Virus record (IMG/VR): IMGVR_UViG_3300032050_010539
Length of the DNA stretch: 64,000 nt
Direction: 5' to 3' (one strand)
Source of the DNA: a virus
Of this stretch, positions 34,982-45,057 are shown one piece after another. Below the pieces are notes generated by a model. The model was not told the DNA's origin. It saw nothing but the letters and a program-made list of their open reading frames with translations, and searched no databases. Numbering within the stretch: position 1 is the stretch's first letter; every line of letters starts with the position of its first letter. Position numbers and translations under genes: made by a program.

Positions 34982-36159
34982 TGTGGAATAGAGAGAATCT
35001 ACAACCTCTACTGAATAGGCCTGAGTTTAGGGCCCTCCTGGATGTAATCAGTGATGAACAATTTGAGGGGGCCGACTACAATACACTATATGGTGGATCT
35101 ACATTCAGTAGTTACGAGGACCACCCCCGCCAGAGATTTCCAATAGGAAATAATGGGAACTACACCACGGCCGCAGGTAGATACCAAATCTTAGATGTGA
35201 CGTGGGATGGTATTAATAGAGAGACTGGAGGAATGCTATCTGACTTCAGCCCTCTGAATCAGGATCTAGCCGTATTATATTTAATACTCGATGAGACTGG
35301 TACTACGGTAGAAGAGGTCATGAGTGGTGACATACTAAGCTACTATAATAAGCTACAGAAACAATGGACTAGTCTACCGGGGGCCTCTGAAGCACGAGGT
35401 GGAGAGAATACGCTAGATACTCTATATAAGCAATATCTAGCCTATAGGCGAGGACAGGGCCCGGCACCATCTACCTTGAGTGGTGGTGGGAGTAATGCCC
35501 CCACCATACCGGGCGATAGTGCTTATTCTAATGAACAGTTAGAGGGTATAGATGGATTTGTTAATGCTACATTCAATCGTACAGGAGAGTTCAAGTGGCC
35601 CTATAACCAACGCGATGCCATTATCCATACAGGTTCCGTACCTCAGGTTAATAGAGCTATGACTAATAATTCTCTATCCTATGGAGCAGGAGCCCCCGGG
35701 TTTCAGTTCAATGAGGTAAGCGCATCAGCAGGTCAGGTAATGCCTGGTAGTCCAGGCTCTGGGGGTGGCATAGTACCCTCTAAGGGACCTCTGACTAGTG
35801 GGTTTGGCTGGCGTTGGGGTAGGATGCACAACGGTATAGATATAGGGGCTCCAATAGGCACACCTATATTAGCCACTATGACAGGCAAGGTGATATCAGT
35901 CGGATTCGAGAATAATGGATTTGGTAATATAGTTAGACTAGAACACGTAGGGGGCAATCAGAGTTGGTACGCGCATATGAGCAAGTTTGCTGTTAAATTG
36001 GGAGACGTAGTACAACAAGGACAAGTAATAGGTGAAGTAGGTAATACTGGCCGTAGCACTGGTCCTCATCTTCACTTTGAGTGGAGAGTAAGATCTGGTA
36101 TAGGTGGGGGTCTGAATGCAGTAGACCCGCGCCTTACCGTATTAAAGGGATTAATATAG
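34981..36159 (+). CDS. Lambda-R-like lytic transglycosylase/lysozyme plus M23 endopeptidase
   Basis: TAAGRYQIL..TW, DFSP.NQD, WTSLPG; HNGIDIG, YAHM, GNTGRSTGPHLHFE. Confidence 0.9.
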   Translation: MWNRENLQPLLNRPEFRALLDVISDEQFEGADYNTLYGGSTFSSYEDHPRQRFPIGNNGNYTTAAGRYQILDVTWDGINRETGGMLSDFSPLNQDLAVLYLILDETGTTVEEVMSGDILSYYNKLQKQWTSLPGASEARGGENTLDTLYKQYLAYRRGQGPAPSTLSGGGSNAPTIPGDSAYSNEQLEGIDGFVNATFNRTGEFKWPYNQRDAIIHTGSVPQVNRAMTNNSLSYGAGAPGFQFNEVSASAGQVMPGSPGSGGGIVPSKGPLTSGFGWRWGRMHNGIDIGAPIGTPILATMTGKVISVGFENNGFGNIVRLEHVGGNQSWYAHMSKFAVKLGDVVQQGQVIGEVGNTGRSTGPHLHFEWRVRSGIGGGLNAVDPRLTVLKGLI

Positions 36160-36163
36160 ACTA

Positions 36164-36676
36164 ATGAGAACTACTAGTAGGGATGGGGATGAACTAGAGA
36201 GAGCTATAGCCCGCGCGGGCGGTATTAACACTCACGTAAATCAATTCAGGCTCCTAACACAATATACGTACGATGCGGATACCCGTGATGCGCGCGCGGG
36301 CTACGCACTAATAGTAATACTACCCAGGCCCTATTGGTTAGATGCTGTATGGCTACTGAGCGGTATAGAGTTAGTTAGTAGCCCCCGTCGTATGATGCCG
36401 GGCCAGGTACTAGCGCTGAATGCAGCTACTATAGGTGTAAGACTGCCGCAGGCCATACAGATGCGAGTTGATAGTAGAGAGAGGCCCAACGTAAACGCCG
36501 AGGGTCTCGAGGTGCTAATAAGAAAGCGAATGCCTGATACACCACTAATTAACAACTTTATGATGCTAGCTAACTCGGCTAATAAACCGCTAGTGGCAGC
36601 TCAACTAGCGCGCTGGTTCGGCTACTCGGAGGAGTCAGTGCAAAGTATAGTAGGAGCAGTATATCGTGCTAATTAA
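36164..36676 (+). CDS. Hypothetical protein
   Basis: 170-aa operon member. Confidence 0.7.
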   Translation: MRTTSRDGDELERAIARAGGINTHVNQFRLLTQYTYDADTRDARAGYALIVILPRPYWLDAVWLLSGIELVSSPRRMMPGQVLALNAATIGVRLPQAIQMRVDSRERPNVNAEGLEVLIRKRMPDTPLINNFMMLANSANKPLVAAQLARWFGYSEESVQSIVGAVYRAN

Positions 36677-37760
36677 CCTAGAGGCCGTACCTCAATTACC
36701 CGGGGCTAATACAGATGCCGTAACACGCATAGATGAAGCGGCTATTAATAATCTATCTATTCTGATAGCCGGCTCTCACGAGAGACTAGCCAGTATCATG
36801 CGTAAGGTGCCGGCCCCTCGTACCCGTCCTACGTGGAGAGATATAACTCGCTCTCTAGAGGAGCAGCTCATACTGTTACTATCACTACCTACCTCGAGTA
36901 ATCTGGACTACACGGTCATTACGCAGCACGCAGATAGATACAGGCGTATAGCGGAGAGGCCTAATTGGCTACCACCCAATGACTATAGTGAAACACTACT
37001 ACTAACTGATAGGCGAGTATGGGGGACCTCTGCTAGTAGCATAGGCTATTACCTACTACTGGGGGGCTATAGAATGCACTATGCCAGCCCCTGTCGTCTA
37101 GTATATGAAGCCACTCGTACTCTATGGAGCATGCAGCCCAATTGGAAGGAGTATTACGCAACGCTAGGAGCAGAGGAACCACTAGATAGCCACCGTTTCT
37201 TCAAGGCATTTCTATGCCAACCCACTGGTATAACTCGCGTAGCCGGCTTCCTGAACGCCATACAGAATATGGAGGCTCCCTATCTAGAACGCTACTGGGT
37301 GGTGCCAGGCGGGCCGGATCTACTATGGGATCTATGGCACGGACAGATAGACCCAGCGTTATTTAATCTCTATGAGGACCTAAGCCAGGATCCACCAGAT
37401 GAGTTACGAGAGTGGTTGATACCTACAGAGCCCGGCCTACTACGGCAGGTAAGCAGCAGTATCATAACTTCATTACCGTATCCAGGTGGCCTCAATACGC
37501 ACCTAGTGACTATGGCAGCATACACGACCAACCTGGCTTACATACATGCTTATAACTCTCCTCGACCCGATGTAGAGGTATATGTTCTCGCTGATGATGC
37601 AGAAAGAACACGCCTAGGACGGGTACGTAATCTACTATATACCGCCTCGCAGTATTTGCGGCGGTCTACGCTAGATCACTGGATAATAATGGGCAATAAC
37701 CTAGCAGCCATATCTGAAATAGATAATCAACGAGGAGCCATACAGGATATAGACCTATGA
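36666..37760 (+). CDS. Hypothetical protein
   Basis: 364-aa operon member. Confidence 0.75.
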   Translation: MLINLEAVPQLPGANTDAVTRIDEAAINNLSILIAGSHERLASIMRKVPAPRTRPTWRDITRSLEEQLILLLSLPTSSNLDYTVITQHADRYRRIAERPNWLPPNDYSETLLLTDRRVWGTSASSIGYYLLLGGYRMHYASPCRLVYEATRTLWSMQPNWKEYYATLGAEEPLDSHRFFKAFLCQPTGITRVAGFLNAIQNMEAPYLERYWVVPGGPDLLWDLWHGQIDPALFNLYEDLSQDPPDELREWLIPTEPGLLRQVSSSIITSLPYPGGLNTHLVTMAAYTTNLAYIHAYNSPRPDVEVYVLADDAERTRLGRVRNLLYTASQYLRRSTLDHWIIMGNNLAAISEIDNQRGAIQDIDL

Positions 37761-40700
37761 GTAAAATAGAAGATCAACTACTGAAAGGAGATCTAGAAGC
37801 GGGCCGCAACACTCCTACGCTGGGACCTGCGCTCAATGATCTCAATGAGGTATCTAAGAACACAGCATACCAACAAGCAACACAGACACTAGGGCAGGCA
37901 ACGGCATCTACCACTCCGTTCGAACCTCGCCGCATCAGCTCTCAGATTATAGTAGAGCCCGTGCGGGCAGTAGAGGGGCTATTAGAATTAAGAGACATGA
38001 ACCTACAGGCCAACCAGGTTCTGCGGGAGGGCATAGCGCCTAATACAGAACAAAATATTAATGCTGCAGGTACGGCAGTTAATGGTAATACTGAGCAATC
38101 ACTAGATGGAATCCGTAAGCTCAAGGAGAGCTCACTCCTTAGCGATAGAGCAGAGCTAACTGATATAAGTCAGGGCAATGTCAATATTGCCCCTGCCAAT
38201 AGACTCACGCAGGTAGCTAATAACATACAGCTTGTGAGTGATACTAATATCATGCAACGGGCCCCCTTCATGCAGTCCGTCACCGACAACTATGTAGTGC
38301 AGTCCGGGAACTCCATTAATCACATTAGCGACCACCACTACGCAATGGGTAAGGATAGTACTCGAATTATAGAGGGGGACGACTTACAGCGCTCAGGTAA
38401 TAGACTACGCGTATCAGATAGAAGTGAGACAGTAGCCCAAGTAGATAAGGCTACGGCCCTAGGCGAGATGGAGCGGGTCTCTACTGATTACAAGAGTTAT
38501 GCTACTACACACACTAGCACATCATTAAACGAAATGAAGCTCTATAGCTACGGCGAGATGGTAGCAAGAGCCACTAACGTAGATCTAATAGCAGCCGCAT
38601 CACCTATAGGATCAGAGGCTGCAGACGATAAAGAGGAGCCAGCTGAGATACCAGTGGGCCGCGTTAATATATACTCATCGGTACCAGGAGGCGGTCTATC
38701 AGGTATGACCTTCAGTCCTGAAGGTATGAACTCCTATGCACTGAAGAGTGCCTTCCAGGGCATAACTCACAATCATATAACTGCGGGGCCCAGCATATTC
38801 CAGGGCGCGGGTGCTGTATTCTCCCTAAGCGGAGTTATGACTCTCAATACACTACCGGTTATACCTGATGAGATAGAGTTAAACGTCGATCTCATTCCGC
38901 ACATACCAGAGTTCCCTAAACTACCTGATTTACCTAATGGATGCGGGGCCATACTTGAAAATACAAATACTCCTGATGAACCAACTCAGTCTGATATAGA
39001 GCAGTCTGATCCAGATGGTGACCAAGTACCCACCGAGCCTAATGACTCTACCACTACGCCAGACGCCACTACGCCAGACGCCACTACGCCAGACGCCACT
39101 ACGCCAGGAGGCGATGCTATAGGCTCACTAGGAGAGGATATACAGCGCTCTATATCAGCCTATAAGGCAGCTCCTAAGAACCCAGGTAAGGAGAACATAG
39201 CTAAGAGCGCTACTGATACAGCTAAGAATCCACCAGCGTTGGCAGCAGTAGAGCCGGCCGCAGTATCATCAGTAGCCAGTGATGTATATCTAGAGCGAGA
39301 GGGTGAAACGGTAGAAGAGTTGACTATATCTATCAATACACCCCTTATAGATATAGCGGGGGACGTGCAACTAGATGTACAGGAGGTAGGAGAGGGTCTA
39401 CAACAATTGGGGCTCAGTGTATCTGCCTCTCAGGTAACCACTCTAGTCAATCAGGTACTAACTACCAGTAGAAATAATAGTATAGATCCCATAGCCATGT
39501 TAGAGGGCGGGACCAGTCAGGATCTAGTGCCCGCAGAATTGAAGCAATTGTTTCTTGATTCTCCTTCACTCAAAACTTATATAATCAATGAGGTTAAGGA
39601 CGCCCTATCGCTATTATCTATTGGTCTCCTAGAACTAAGTGATCTAGACAGCACGGCCCGCGGGCTAAGAATAAGTGATAACTCAACAGATCTAGCGCGG
39701 GTATACTCCTTAGTATCACCTGCATTAGACCGGCTATACAAAAGCACAGGTCTTAGCCAATACGTAGACACCACTCAACTAGCGCAGCTGGGAACCTCAC
39801 TATTAAATGGCCAGAAGCTAAATGAGAAGACTATAGAGGCCCTAGTACTTAACTCCGTTAGTCGTAACCTGAGTAGAACACTGGGTGTGAATGGAGCAGC
39901 CTTATCCAATAATGTATATAATTTAGCTAAACGACTGGCCAATGGCGAAGTCGTAGACGTTAATAAGGAGATAACCTCTCTCATGAGTTCATTAGGCACT
40001 ACACTGAACTCTGATTTACTAAAAGATGCTGTGCACTATAAACAACTAGGAGAGAGTATATATAAAAGTGCCGCTACACTAGCCAACAGTATTTCCACCG
40101 GGGACATAGGTAGTATCATACGCGGTGATAGCATCAAACCCCTACTATCAGGAGGGCTAAACCAAATCATAGGTGAGAATAATACAGCTCTCATCAGGGC
40201 AGCAACTGATATAGGTCGCACCGGACTAGCCCTAGGTAAGTCACTGGCATTAATGCCCAGTGTCATAGGCGCGCTAAGCGGTAGCCCTATCCAAAAAATA
40301 GTGCAACTAATAGATATAATCTCTTGTCTAAATATCATAGATCAGGCCCGCGACCTAATCACCGCCGTAGGTAATATCAATACACAGCCTAATAGTAGTC
40401 GACCGGGCCGCTCTGGTACTACTGATACACTAGACACACTGGATACTATATCTCTATTACCGCGTCTAACTCAGTATAACAATACTGTAATTGATCTATA
40501 CGATAACGGAGATGAGGAGTTAAGGCAAGAGATCATCGAATTACTTGAGGGGCCTATTGATGGCGAGGATCCTGTAACTCCCCGAGAGCCATTACCTACT
40601 ACAGTAGAGCTCCTGGAGGGCAGCTGGAGACTAGAGCTAGATGAGAGCTTCCAACTGCCGCGTCTCACACTAGCTCTAGCAGATATACAAATATTATCAA

Positions 40701-41044
40701 TCAATACTAAATTAACGTGGGGCCTAACTAATCCATTATTGTTCTATACTCAGCCAGAGTTACTACCCGGTAGAGAGGACGACTTACAAATAATAGTAGA
40801 TAGCTGGACATACGATAATAGTACTCTATACCCACTGCAAATTGATAATAGCTATACATCCTCAGTGCTAACCTACAGGATAACTGACTATGATTGGGAG
40901 ACTAATGTAGGCCATGCTATATATGATGGTCAGTATAGTTATCTCCGTCTCATCGATGATAGAGGTACTATATACACTATACCCAGTACTGCTATCGGAG
41001 GCCGCCTCATTCCCTTCATCTCATCATCGTACCTAGTGAAATAA
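37757..41044 (+). CDS. Large tail/baseplate protein with a spike-like beta-helix segment and helical C-terminal half
   Basis: About 8-residue periodic strands at aa 140-280; acidic/Pro linker with PDATT repeats. Confidence 0.55.
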   Translation: MSKIEDQLLKGDLEAGRNTPTLGPALNDLNEVSKNTAYQQATQTLGQATASTTPFEPRRISSQIIVEPVRAVEGLLELRDMNLQANQVLREGIAPNTEQNINAAGTAVNGNTEQSLDGIRKLKESSLLSDRAELTDISQGNVNIAPANRLTQVANNIQLVSDTNIMQRAPFMQSVTDNYVVQSGNSINHISDHHYAMGKDSTRIIEGDDLQRSGNRLRVSDRSETVAQVDKATALGEMERVSTDYKSYATTHTSTSLNEMKLYSYGEMVARATNVDLIAAASPIGSEAADDKEEPAEIPVGRVNIYSSVPGGGLSGMTFSPEGMNSYALKSAFQGITHNHITAGPSIFQGAGAVFSLSGVMTLNTLPVIPDEIELNVDLIPHIPEFPKLPDLPNGCGAILENTNTPDEPTQSDIEQSDPDGDQVPTEPNDSTTTPDATTPDATTPDATTPGGDAIGSLGEDIQRSISAYKAAPKNPGKENIAKSATDTAKNPPALAAVEPAAVSSVASDVYLEREGETVEELTISINTPLIDIAGDVQLDVQEVGEGLQQLGLSVSASQVTTLVNQVLTTSRNNSIDPIAMLEGGTSQDLVPAELKQLFLDSPSLKTYIINEVKDALSLLSIGLLELSDLDSTARGLRISDNSTDLARVYSLVSPALDRLYKSTGLSQYVDTTQLAQLGTSLLNGQKLNEKTIEALVLNSVSRNLSRTLGVNGAALSNNVYNLAKRLANGEVVDVNKEITSLMSSLGTTLNSDLLKDAVHYKQLGESIYKSAATLANSISTGDIGSIIRGDSIKPLLSGGLNQIIGENNTALIRAATDIGRTGLALGKSLALMPSVIGALSGSPIQKIVQLIDIISCLNIIDQARDLITAVGNINTQPNSSRPGRSGTTDTLDTLDTISLLPRLTQYNNTVIDLYDNGDEELRQEIIELLEGPIDGEDPVTPREPLPTTVELLEGSWRLELDESFQLPRLTLALADIQILSINTKLTWGLTNPLLFYTQPELLPGREDDLQIIVDSWTYDNSTLYPLQIDNSYTSSVLTYRITDYDWETNVGHAIYDGQYSYLRLIDDRGTIYTIPSTAIGGRLIPFISSSYLVK
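39051..39107 (+). repeat. 15-bp tandem repeat x3.8 (encodes TTPDA)
   Basis: Three full CCACTACGCCAGACG units plus a 12-bp partial copy. Confidence 0.95.
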
Positions 41045-41394
41045 TGGTAACACCAATAGACGCCCCACAAGTCATACGCTACGGCATAGCGGTATACGCG
41101 CCCCCTCTACTTAACGTAGATAGCCTGACGCTCGAGATTCTCTATAGTGAAAGCCCCAACCCCCGCCTTATACCCCGCTCTACTAGTACGCGCCTATGGA
41201 AACGAGAGAGTGAGCAAGGGGAGAGGGGCACCCTATTCCTATGGAAGAAGGATAATCAATTAACTCGAGGCTACTATACACTTATATTAGAGGCAAATAA
41301 TAGACGAGGCTACTGTTCTATTGCGTTAACGGCGCCCACCGACTACTGGATAGTAGGGCTACCCTATAGTATTTATCCCCCTATAGCTTTATAA
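41044..41394 (+). CDS. Hypothetical protein
   Basis: Coupled (TAATG) 116-aa ORF. Confidence 0.65.
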   Translation: MVTPIDAPQVIRYGIAVYAPPLLNVDSLTLEILYSESPNPRLIPRSTSTRLWKRESEQGERGTLFLWKKDNQLTRGYYTLILEANNRRGYCSIALTAPTDYWIVGLPYSIYPPIAL

Positions 41395-41396
41395 AT

Positions 41397-41774
41397 GTGG
41401 ATATAGCGACGAGAGACGGAGATATACTCCTCAGCACAACTGGCGATCTAATGCTAGTAGACGAAAGAGACTATCTAGTAAGGCGGGCTCTGGAGATTCC
41501 ATTGGGTCACGTAGCTATATGGGTACCTGGTACTAGCGACTTCCGATTAGTTGATGCTGACGTGGGGAATGCCCTTTATAATTATCTATCTGATCCCCTC
41601 AATCTTGACTGGGTAGGTAGGGCTGATATAGCTATAGCCAACGCTCTACGTGCCTTACCATCTGTGTATAGTGTACGCGATGTAGATATCCAGGTAACAG
41701 GCCCGCGCGAGGTACGCATTAACGTTGTGTATAATGATAACCGCTCTCTCACAACTACATTGACGCCTTCGTAA
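41397..41774 (+). CDS. Baseplate wedge/sheath-initiator protein (gp25/gpW-like)
   Basis: DGDILLSTTGDL..V, RAL..PLG, IANAL..P.V pattern; precedes the J-like gene. Confidence 0.7.
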   Translation: MDIATRDGDILLSTTGDLMLVDERDYLVRRALEIPLGHVAIWVPGTSDFRLVDADVGNALYNYLSDPLNLDWVGRADIAIANALRALPSVYSVRDVDIQVTGPREVRINVVYNDNRSLTTTLTPS

Positions 41775-41840
41775 GCGCTCTCTAGAGCGAGTTCCAATTA
41801 ATCTTAAGCCTTATTAGGGGCAGACATAACAGGTATTTTT

Positions 41841-42821
41841 ATGAATCTAAACACTATATTAAGTACCATCCAGCAAAAACTGCAGGGGACAATACTAAAT
41901 GGTACCATCAGTCCACTCAGTAATCTCTACTTCCTACTACGAGCTATAGCTGCCTGTATAGTAGATTTATACGAGGAGACACGGCCCGTTACTATAATGG
42001 ATGCCACCGATGTAGAGTTAGATGCGATGGCCCTATTATACGGGATAATTAGAAAGGAGGGCACACCAGCTAATGGCTACGCACTAGTGCTGGGCCCGGT
42101 ACCAAAGGGCACTGTTATGCTGACACCTGATAATGTAACTATTATTCTAAATGAGGCCATAAACAATAGTGGTGAGACACGCGTAGCTGTAACAGTAGGG
42201 AAGCCAGGTGAGGCTGTCATACCAGCTGGCACCCCACTGCGCGATCCCGTAACGGGTGCTACTGGCGTAGTGGGTCTATATAGAAACCCGTTCAATGAGG
42301 CCGTAGGTGATATCGTAAATGGCACTGATAGAGAGAGTGACGATGATTTACGCATACGCGTCCTTGAATACCTAGACTTATCAGATAGCAGTAGTCTATC
42401 AGCTCTACGCGCGACTATAATTAACGAGATAAATACACTCAGCCGAATAGTCATAGTTGATTCTGACCCCACGCCCGGTTATATAACTGTTTATACCGAC
42501 GCGAGCGATGAGCGCACATTATTTCAGATAAGTAAGGTTATAGAGAATAATAAGGCAGTAGGCATCGGGTTCAGGGTCAGGACACTACGACCATTCCCGT
42601 ATAATGTACGTGTGGCCGTAGCAGGTAATGTCAACGCGGGTCTAGTTATAAGACAATACTTCAGAAACCTAGCCCCTCTCACTAGCCCATCAGCGAGAGG
42701 TATAGGTCTTGCTCTAGTAAATTCAGGGGCCAGCTCAGCCCGAGTGCTGAGTACATTACCACTCGCACCAGTTGATACTATGCCAGTCCTAGAGAGTGTA
42801 GAGGTGGTTCCAATTGGTTAA
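41841..42821 (+). CDS. Baseplate J-like protein
   Basis: AT..ELD..A..YGI.RK, NGTDRESDDDLRIR and PGYITVY motifs. Confidence 0.88.
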   Translation: MNLNTILSTIQQKLQGTILNGTISPLSNLYFLLRAIAACIVDLYEETRPVTIMDATDVELDAMALLYGIIRKEGTPANGYALVLGPVPKGTVMLTPDNVTIILNEAINNSGETRVAVTVGKPGEAVIPAGTPLRDPVTGATGVVGLYRNPFNEAVGDIVNGTDRESDDDLRIRVLEYLDLSDSSSLSALRATIINEINTLSRIVIVDSDPTPGYITVYTDASDERTLFQISKVIENNKAVGIGFRVRTLRPFPYNVRVAVAGNVNAGLVIRQYFRNLAPLTSPSARGIGLALVNSGASSARVLSTLPLAPVDTMPVLESVEVVPIG

Positions 42822-45027
42822 TTATCGTTATAGGTTATCACGACTACTAATCCCGGGGGGCATACCTGATCCTGAGATAGGAGAGGTAGAGCTATTCCTG
42901 GCTAGTGATAGAGAGGGCTATGTTAATAATATAGACCTACCCCCGGATCCCAATTGTCTAGAGATCAACTGTACCTCTACGCAATGCGTAGAGCGGATAG
43001 GTATATGGAGCAATCAGGCACTAGGCCCGCTGGGTACAGAAGGTTTCTTCCCAGCAGGTAAACCTTTCTTCATAGCAGGTGAACCTGATGATGAGAGTAG
43101 AATTACTGTAATCAACGTGGGTGTAGTGTGTCCCCTCACTGGCACACCGGGGCGCTCCAATTACGCTCTCTATCCACAGAAGCAAGGTACTCTTGAGCTA
43201 ACTACACCCCTCATACCAGGTCTGCCGTACGCTGAGGTAGTGCGCGTTAGTCCAACGGCAGGAGAGTTCCTATTACGCTACTACAAGACACAGGGCCTTC
43301 CTCACACGCAGCTAGGCATAGCGCGCTCTCTAGCGAATCAGACGATAGATACTGAGGAGTTAGCGTGGACTATCATAGGTATGGTAGGAGCATCTATACG
43401 GCCAGACGCTAATGTAATATACCGCAGTTCTGAAATAGACACGACAGTCAGCGAATACATTAGACGGGCATGCACGGGCCTACTAGAACTAATGGATCCC
43501 GGCAGTCTACCGGGCAGACGAGGGAGCATCCCTCGCTTTGTGTATAGCCTGAGCTCTGAGGCCGATATATACGGCCCCGAGGCAGAGAAACTACAGGCAT
43601 TAACTGAGATACACGTAGTAGAGAACTGCAGCGATTGTATAGAAGTGGGCCCCAATAATAAACGCGTATCTCGAGAGGTACGGGATAGATCGTGCGCTGC
43701 TGTATTGCTAGCGCTCTGCATCGCAGGCTACGAAGAGGAAGTCACTCCACTAGCAGAGTATCTAGTGAGTCGTATAGATAACCGCGGTAGAATGATTACT
43801 GGTTGGACGGACGCACGCCCTCTAAGCACGTCACTTAGCATAGATAGTCCTACAGCTAGTGGTACGATAACAGCGGCCCTAGCTATATTGGCCTATAGTC
43901 GTGTAGATAGATCATACCTACCCCATGCTCATAGATTAATAGAGAGTGCGCGCCTCTACTATTACACATCCTCCTGGGGCACCGATGCTATAGATATAAC
44001 ACTAGGGGCCCTTATAAGCCGCGTGCTAGTTGACTACGCTGATACACCTAGCCAGGCGCGGGCGAGCCTCAGTAATGTAATAGGACAGGCAAGTACAGTG
44101 AGTCCTACATTCCTAGCACTCCAACTAGAGTTAGTAGGAGATGTTAATTTAAATACTACATACCGCTCTATATTAGATAATGACCCTACACTAGAGTGTG
44201 GATTATCACTAGCTAGAGAGCTATCCAGCACCTCATTCCTAGGAGTACTAGATGAACTGGGCCCTGTGTATAGGAACTATCTCTATCGTATAGATAAGAC
44301 AATGTCGCGCGTAAGAGGGGCTCTACCTACAGACTTCGGCCTATTCAGTAAAACAGCCATTAGATCGGGTAATCTAGGACGCATACTAGAGGCCCTAGTA
44401 CCCTCAATTAGTGCGGCGTATAATAAGCCACTAGTAGTACCTCCGGCCCCGACTAGGGTCCCTGCGACTATATCGGGTATTCTCAACTGGTTAACAGGAT
44501 TAGGGTATCAAGAAGTATATGTTACAGAGGCGTGGAGAGAGGCACTGCACGTAGTTGGTAATCTACCTACTTACGGTGACACCACCCTAGGCACAGGACT
44601 ACTAGGTATGCCCCGCCCATCAGCGCGCGTAGGAGTACTAGGACGATGGGAAGAGAGAATTAATCCTGCTCCTGGCGGCGTGCTGGTTATACGAGAGGGT
44701 AATATACTGGGGACTGGCACTATAGATGATATACCAGCAGCAGGCGCGCTAGTCCCAGATGACGAGGAGTGTAATATCTGTTACTGGTTTGGTATTTGTG
44801 AGGCACCAGAGCCATATGGCTGTCTCGCAGGTCAATTTGACTTCTGTCCATTTGAACTCTTGTTTATATATTGCCCTGGGGTTTTACCCAATAGGCCAGT
44901 AAAAATCATTGAAGTCAATCAATCTGCTGTATATTGTCCTGGGGTTTTACCTGATAGACCAGCAAAAATTATTGAAGTCAATCAATCTGCTGTATATTGT
45001 CCTGGGGTTTTACCTGATAGGGCATAA
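42814..45027 (+). CDS. Baseplate wedge/tail protein with Cys-rich repeated C-terminus
   Basis: 737 aa following J; ends in YCPGVLP(N/D)R repeats. Confidence 0.6.
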   Translation: MVNYRYRLSRLLIPGGIPDPEIGEVELFLASDREGYVNNIDLPPDPNCLEINCTSTQCVERIGIWSNQALGPLGTEGFFPAGKPFFIAGEPDDESRITVINVGVVCPLTGTPGRSNYALYPQKQGTLELTTPLIPGLPYAEVVRVSPTAGEFLLRYYKTQGLPHTQLGIARSLANQTIDTEELAWTIIGMVGASIRPDANVIYRSSEIDTTVSEYIRRACTGLLELMDPGSLPGRRGSIPRFVYSLSSEADIYGPEAEKLQALTEIHVVENCSDCIEVGPNNKRVSREVRDRSCAAVLLALCIAGYEEEVTPLAEYLVSRIDNRGRMITGWTDARPLSTSLSIDSPTASGTITAALAILAYSRVDRSYLPHAHRLIESARLYYYTSSWGTDAIDITLGALISRVLVDYADTPSQARASLSNVIGQASTVSPTFLALQLELVGDVNLNTTYRSILDNDPTLECGLSLARELSSTSFLGVLDELGPVYRNYLYRIDKTMSRVRGALPTDFGLFSKTAIRSGNLGRILEALVPSISAAYNKPLVVPPAPTRVPATISGILNWLTGLGYQEVYVTEAWREALHVVGNLPTYGDTTLGTGLLGMPRPSARVGVLGRWEERINPAPGGVLVIREGNILGTGTIDDIPAAGALVPDDEECNICYWFGICEAPEPYGCLAGQFDFCPFELLFIYCPGVLPNRPVKIIEVNQSAVYCPGVLPDRPAKIIEVNQSAVYCPGVLPDRA
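44869..45021 (+). repeat. 63-bp in-frame tandem repeat, about 2.4 copies
   Basis: Units start at 44869, 44932 and 44995 and encode YCPGVLPxRPxKIIEVNQSAV. Confidence 0.9.
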
Positions 45028-45057
45028 AAGATTTGTATTCTGTTCTACGTACTTATA

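Noticed and set aside
44869-45021. Mini-CRISPR array (ATTGAAG resembles a repeat end)
   Set aside because: Units are contiguous, in frame and near-identical with no unique spacers; no cas genes.
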